Source of the DNA: Rubrivivax sp.
GTDB lineage: Bacteria; Pseudomonadota; Gammaproteobacteria; Burkholderiales; Burkholderiaceae_C
Length of the DNA stretch: 64,000 nucleotides
Assembly (NCBI GenBank): GCA_022843905.1
Contig: JALHMT010000020.1
Coordinates: forward strand, 371-64,370
Reading direction: 5' to 3'
Shown here in pieces: positions 59,700 to 64,000 of the stretch (positions are counted from its first letter, which is position 1; every line of letters starts with the position of its first letter). Under the pieces are notes generated by a model. That model ran no database searches. It saw only the letters and a program-made list of their open reading frames with translations, and was not told the origin of the DNA. Position numbers and translations under genes: made by a program.

Positions 59700-62003
59700 A
59701 TGCCGACCCGATTCCACAAGAGGCTTCCCGTGACCCCATCGACTCTTGCCCTCACCGCTGGCCTGGCGACGCGCCTGCGTGGCGCTGTGCTCGCCCTGCT
59801 GACGGCCCTGCTGCTGCTGGGCAGCCCGCTGCTGCAGGCCCAGTCCGCCACGTCGCCGAAGATCGCCGCCGACCTGCAGCAGGTGCTGGTCGCCGGCAAG
59901 ACCCCGGCGCTGAACTGGGCGCGCGACATCAATGGCGTGCGCCACGTCAAGGTGCTGATCGTCGGCCAGACCGACGACGCGGAGCTCGCCGCCTTGCGCT
60001 CGGCAGTGATGTCCGCCGGCGGCTCCATCTACTACCGCTACAGCTCGGTGCTGGCGCTGGCGGCGATGCTGCCCGCTTCCAGGGTGGCCGGCATCGCCGC
60101 GCGCAGCGACGTGCAGAGCATTTCGCCGAACCGGCTGATGACGCGCTCGTCCAGCACCCTCGAGAGGGTGACGGGGGCTGCAGCCGTGCGTGCCACCGGC
60201 ACCACCAACTACAGCCAGATCAGCGGCGTCACGGGCAAGGGCATCGGCATCGCCGTGCTCGATTCCGGCATCTCCTGGCAGCACCGGAACTTCCGCGGCG
60301 AGAGCGCCAGCGAGAGCCGGGTCCGCGAGGCCATCGACTTCACCCGTGCGGGTGACGCCGTGCGCGCCGGCGTCACCGACTGGAAGGCCGGCATCGACGT
60401 CTCGGGCACGCTCTACCCGGGCAGCCCGTCGATGGACACTTACCGTGCGCGGATCGAAAGCGGTTTCGCGCCCAAGGCCGACCGCTACGGCCACGGCTCC
60501 CACGTGGCGGCGGTGGCCGCCGGCCGCGGAGCCGACCGCGGCCCCGACACGACCGGCGTGGCCCCCAACGCCAACCTGTGGGACATCCGCGTGCTCGACG
60601 ACAACGGCTATGGCCAGTTGTCCGACGTGCTGGCAGGCATCGACTGGGTGATCTACTACGCCAGGTTCAAGAACATCCGTGTCATGAACCTGAGCCTCGG
60701 TGCCGACAGCACCGAGAGCTGGCGCACCGACCCGCTGGCGCGCGCCGTGCGCAGCGCCGTGGCGCAGGGCATCGTGGTCGTGGTGTCGGCGGGCAATTTC
60801 GGGATCGACGATGCCGGCCGGCAGCTCTACGGCAGCATCAGCTCGCCCGGGCACGAGCCCAGCGTGATCACCGTGGGCGCCGTCAACCTCAAGGGAACGA
60901 CCTCGCGCAGCGACGACGTCGTCGCCAACTTCAGCTCGCGGGGCCCGACCCGCGGCGCCTGGATCGACGGCAACGGCAGGAAGCAGTTCGACACCCTGCT
61001 CAAGCCCGACCTGGTGGCGCCGGGCAACCGCATCGTCGCGGCGCTGGGCGAGGACACGGTGGCCGCCGGCGGCGCCTGGAACGCCCTGGCCGTGCGCTAC
61101 CCCGAGCTGGCCAAGGTCAGCGGCGCCACGCAGGCGGCCGACCATGCGCTGATGTCGCTCAGCGGCACCTCGGTGGCCGCGCCGGTGGTGGCCGGCGCCG
61201 TGGCGCTGATGCTGGAGGCCAACCACGGCCTGACGCCGCCCATGGTCAAGGCCATCCTGCAGTACACGGCGCAGACCTTGCCGGGTACCAGTCTGATCCA
61301 GCAAGGCGCCGGGATGCTGAACATCGACGGCGCCGTGCGCCTGGCCGCGGCCATCCGCAACGACATGAACGGCAGGATCGCCAGTGGCGCGACCATCCCG
61401 GCCGGCGACTCCCTGCTGTGGTGGTCGGGAGCCTCGCTGCCGGTGCCCAGCTCGGTGATCAACGGCCAGACCGTGCCCTGGGGCCGGTTGGTCTTCGTCG
61501 GCGGCAACCGCATCGTCACCGGCGACGCGCTGTTCCGCCAGTGGCAGCCGTGGTACGACCCGCGTCTGCTGTGGGTGCGCGGCGAGGTGCGCCAGCTGCA
61601 GGTGCGCTGGTGGCCCCACACCAACAACACCTTCCCGATGGCCGTGTTGTCCAGACCGGCGCCCAACCAGGCGCTGATGACGACGGGCGTGGTCTCGCTC
61701 GGCGAGCTGACCGGCACCACCTCGATGCTGAACCGGACCGGCCTGTTCTATCCCAGCGCCACGCTGTCGTCCCGCGTCGGCAGCGGCAGGACGCTGACGC
61801 AGGGCCTGGTGCTCAGCGAGGGCCTGGTGCTGAGTGAAGGCCTGGTGCTCAGCGAAGGCCTGGTGCTGAGCGAAGGCCTGGTGTTGAGCGAAGGCCTGGT
61901 GCTCAGCGAGGGGCTGATGCTCACCCAGGGGCTGGTGCTCAGCGAGGCAGGCACCACGAATCCGACCAATCCGCGCGAAAAGTCGGTGGCCGGCGAACCC
62001 TGA
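59700..62003 (+). CDS. Secreted S8 (subtilisin/AprX-like) serine peptidase with C-terminal hexapeptide repeat tail
   Basis: Signal peptide and prodomain; triad AVLDSG / GHGSHVA / SGTSVAAP; oxyanion SAGN. Start may be GTG 59730. Confidence 0.92.
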   Translation: MPTRFHKRLPVTPSTLALTAGLATRLRGAVLALLTALLLLGSPLLQAQSATSPKIAADLQQVLVAGKTPALNWARDINGVRHVKVLIVGQTDDAELAALRSAVMSAGGSIYYRYSSVLALAAMLPASRVAGIAARSDVQSISPNRLMTRSSSTLERVTGAAAVRATGTTNYSQISGVTGKGIGIAVLDSGISWQHRNFRGESASESRVREAIDFTRAGDAVRAGVTDWKAGIDVSGTLYPGSPSMDTYRARIESGFAPKADRYGHGSHVAAVAAGRGADRGPDTTGVAPNANLWDIRVLDDNGYGQLSDVLAGIDWVIYYARFKNIRVMNLSLGADSTESWRTDPLARAVRSAVAQGIVVVVSAGNFGIDDAGRQLYGSISSPGHEPSVITVGAVNLKGTTSRSDDVVANFSSRGPTRGAWIDGNGRKQFDTLLKPDLVAPGNRIVAALGEDTVAAGGAWNALAVRYPELAKVSGATQAADHALMSLSGTSVAAPVVAGAVALMLEANHGLTPPMVKAILQYTAQTLPGTSLIQQGAGMLNIDGAVRLAAAIRNDMNGRIASGATIPAGDSLLWWSGASLPVPSSVINGQTVPWGRLVFVGGNRIVTGDALFRQWQPWYDPRLLWVRGEVRQLQVRWWPHTNNTFPMAVLSRPAPNQALMTTGVVSLGELTGTTSMLNRTGLFYPSATLSSRVGSGRTLTQGLVLSEGLVLSEGLVLSEGLVLSEGLVLSEGLVLSEGLMLTQGLVLSEAGTTNPTNPREKSVAGEP
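61803..61946 (+). repeat. Coding tandem repeat, 8 x 18 bp (7 x GLVLSE and 1 x GLMLTQ)
   Basis: Read directly from the sequence; the GLVLSE copies differ only at synonymous sites. Confidence 0.95.
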
Positions 62004-62088
62004 ACGCTCAAGGGATGGGGGCAGGTGGCCGACAACGACGAACGGCCCGCACCCACCCCACTTCGTGACCCTGCCCCCCGATCCGTCG

Positions 62089-64000
62089 ATGCTCACGCCC
62101 CGGCCGCAGCCGCTGGCGGCCCGGATGCATGCGTCCCTGATGCCCGACTACAACCGCAAGTCCACCGTCTACTGGTGGACCATGGTGGCGCTGGGCGTGC
62201 TGGCGACCGGGCATTCGATTCATCTGCTGTGGGCGCAGCCGGCATCGGTGTGGCTGCAGGTCGTCGTCGGCATGTCCATCGCCATGCTGGCGGGCATCTT
62301 CCCGGTGCGCATCCCCGACTCGAAGAACTCGTTCGCTGCCGGCGAGATCTTCATCTTCCTGCTGTTGCTCATGCACGGCCCCGCGGCGGCGACGCTGGCG
62401 GCCGCCGGCGAGGCCGCCGTGGGTTCCTACCGCACCTCCAAGCGCTGGACCAGCCGCATCGTGAGCCCCGCGATGGCTGCGGTGGCCATGCTGATCACGG
62501 GCCTGTCGATGCAGGCGACGATGGACTGGCTGGCCTTGCGCAAGTTCGACAATGCCGGTCTGCTGGTGGTCACGTCGATGGTCTTCGCCGTGGCCTACTT
62601 CGTCATCAACACCGTGCTGGTGACCACCGTGCCGCGCCTGAAGCGCAACGAGCGGCTGCAGCTCAGCGACATCTTCGGCATGTTCGGCTGGGTCGGCATC
62701 GCCTACGCCGGCAGCGCCACGGTGGCCGTGCTGCTGTACCTGACCTTCCTGCAGTCCGGCATCGGTGTCCTGATGGCGATGGTGCCGTTGCTGGCCATGC
62801 TGCTGGCCACGCTGCACTACTTCTTCCGCCAGCAGGAGGCCGCCGAGGCCGTGCGACGCGCCAGCAGCGAAGCCGGCGAACGCGAGCGCGAACTCGCGGC
62901 GCGCCACGTGCGCGAGCTCGAGGCCAGTGAACGGCGCTTCCACAGCGCCTTCACGCACGCGTCGATCGGCATGGCGCTGCTGTCCTTCGACGGCGGCATC
63001 CTGCAGGCCAACCCGGCACTCAGCTCGCTGGTGGGCCGCAGCGGCGACGAACTGCTGCAGCAGCGCTTCCAGGACCTCGTGCTGGCCGAAGACCGCCCGG
63101 GGCTGGAAGAGCAGCTCGGGCTGGTCAGCGGCCACGAGTTCGAGGGCTTCGCGCTGGAGCTGCGGTTCAGCCACAGCAGCGGTGAGCCGGTCTGGGTGGC
63201 CACCCATTGCAGCTTCTTCTCGGAGCCCGGCGCCAGCTCGCCCTGCCTGATCCTGCAGGTGCAGGACATCACCGCGCGCCGCAAGGCCGAGGAAGGCCTC
63301 CACCACCTGGCCTTCCACGACAGCCTGACCGGCTTGCCGAACCGCCGCCGCTTCCACGAGATCCTCAGCCAGGTCGTGCAGCACGTCAACGAGCACGGTG
63401 ATGCGGCCGACCCCTACGCGGTGATGTTCCTGGACTTCGACCGCTTCAAGCTCATCAACGACAGCCTGGGTCACAACGCCGGCGACGAGTTCCTGGTGCA
63501 GGTCTCGCACCGCATCCGCGAGCGGCTGCGTCCGCACGACGTGGTGGCCCGGCTGGGCGGCGACGAGTTCGCCGTGCTGGTGCGCCACCTGGACCACGAA
63601 CGCAGCGCCGTGCAGCTGGCCGAGCGGCTGATGGATGCGTTGCGCCAGCCCTTCCATGTCGCCGGCACCGAGTTGATGACCAGCGCCAGCATCGGCATCA
63701 CCTTCAGTGCGCTGGGCTACACCACGCCCGAGGACGTGCTGCGCGACGCCGACACCGCGATGTACAAGGCCAAGGGCGCCGGCAAGGCGCGCTATGCCTT
63801 GTTCGACGCCAGCCTGCACACCGAGGTGGCCCAGCGACTGCGCCTGGAAGGCGAACTGCGTCACGCCATCGACAAGGGCCAGCTCTCGGTCGTCTACCAG
63901 CCGCTGTACGAACTGGTCAGCGGCCGCCTGCACGGCTTCGAGGCCCTGGTGCGCTGGCGCCACCCGTCCGACGGCACCATCAGCCCGGCGGCCTTCCTGC
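62089..64000 (+). CDS. Multi-TM sensor-PAS-GGDEF-EAL c-di-GMP enzyme (3' end beyond the window)
   Basis: Not in the ORF track; translated by hand. About 7-8 TM helices (GEIFIFLLLLMHGPAAA), PAS (QDIT), DSLTGLPNR, RPHD I-site, GGDEF, YQP...FEAL. Start may be 62065, 62089 or 62140. Confidence 0.9.
   Translation, partial: MLTPRPQPLAARMHASLMPDYNRKSTVYWWTMVALGVLATGHSIHLLWAQPASVWLQVVVGMSIAMLAGIFPVRIPDSKNSFAAGEIFIFLLLLMHGPAAATLAAAGEAAVGSYRTSKRWTSRIVSPAMAAVAMLITGLSMQATMDWLALRKFDNAGLLVVTSMVFAVAYFVINTVLVTTVPRLKRNERLQLSDIFGMFGWVGIAYAGSATVAVLLYLTFLQSGIGVLMAMVPLLAMLLATLHYFFRQQEAAEAVRRASSEAGERERELAARHVRELEASERRFHSAFTHASIGMALLSFDGGILQANPALSSLVGRSGDELLQQRFQDLVLAEDRPGLEEQLGLVSGHEFEGFALELRFSHSSGEPVWVATHCSFFSEPGASSPCLILQVQDITARRKAEEGLHHLAFHDSLTGLPNRRRFHEILSQVVQHVNEHGDAADPYAVMFLDFDRFKLINDSLGHNAGDEFLVQVSHRIRERLRPHDVVARLGGDEFAVLVRHLDHERSAVQLAERLMDALRQPFHVAGTELMTSASIGITFSALGYTTPEDVLRDADTAMYKAKGAGKARYALFDASLHTEVAQRLRLEGELRHAIDKGQLSVVYQPLYELVSGRLHGFEALVRWRHPSDGTISPAAFL

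Noticed and set aside
61803-61946. 18-bp repeats as a CRISPR array
   Set aside because: No spacers, in-frame coding with synonymous variation, and no cas genes.

Overview
High-GC DNA from a betaproteobacterium (gene content fits Burkholderiales, Rubrivivax/Ideonella-like; this is inference), probably near the replication origin because it carries mnmG-rsmG-parA...parB and two parS palindromes. Most of the window is housekeeping: prsT (partial), yejABEF-like and NatAB-like ABC transporters, argC, lysA/lysR, yeaG-yeaH-ycgB, aroG, ilvA, tldD, rsmI-yraN-SIS-BON, pilU-pilT-yggS. Two candidate uncharacterised systems stand out. (1) At 14.3-19.5 kb an RsaM-like gene and a LuxR solo with no luxI are followed by a lux/cep-box promoter, a 71-aa double-glycine-leader precursor carrying two LPKGGWA cassettes, and an HlyD adaptor plus C39-peptidase ABC exporter. 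(2) At 59.7-64 kb a secreted S8 subtilase ending in eight tandem GLVLSE-type hexapeptides lies directly upstream of a multi-TM sensor-PAS-GGDEF-EAL protein. Also seen: a Phe/Trp-rich leader-peptide attenuator before aroG, a sigma54 promoter for yeaG, CRP-type and Fur-type sites, and REP-like dispersed repeats, one with a nested insertion. All calls come from reading motifs by eye; no database searches or folding programs were run.
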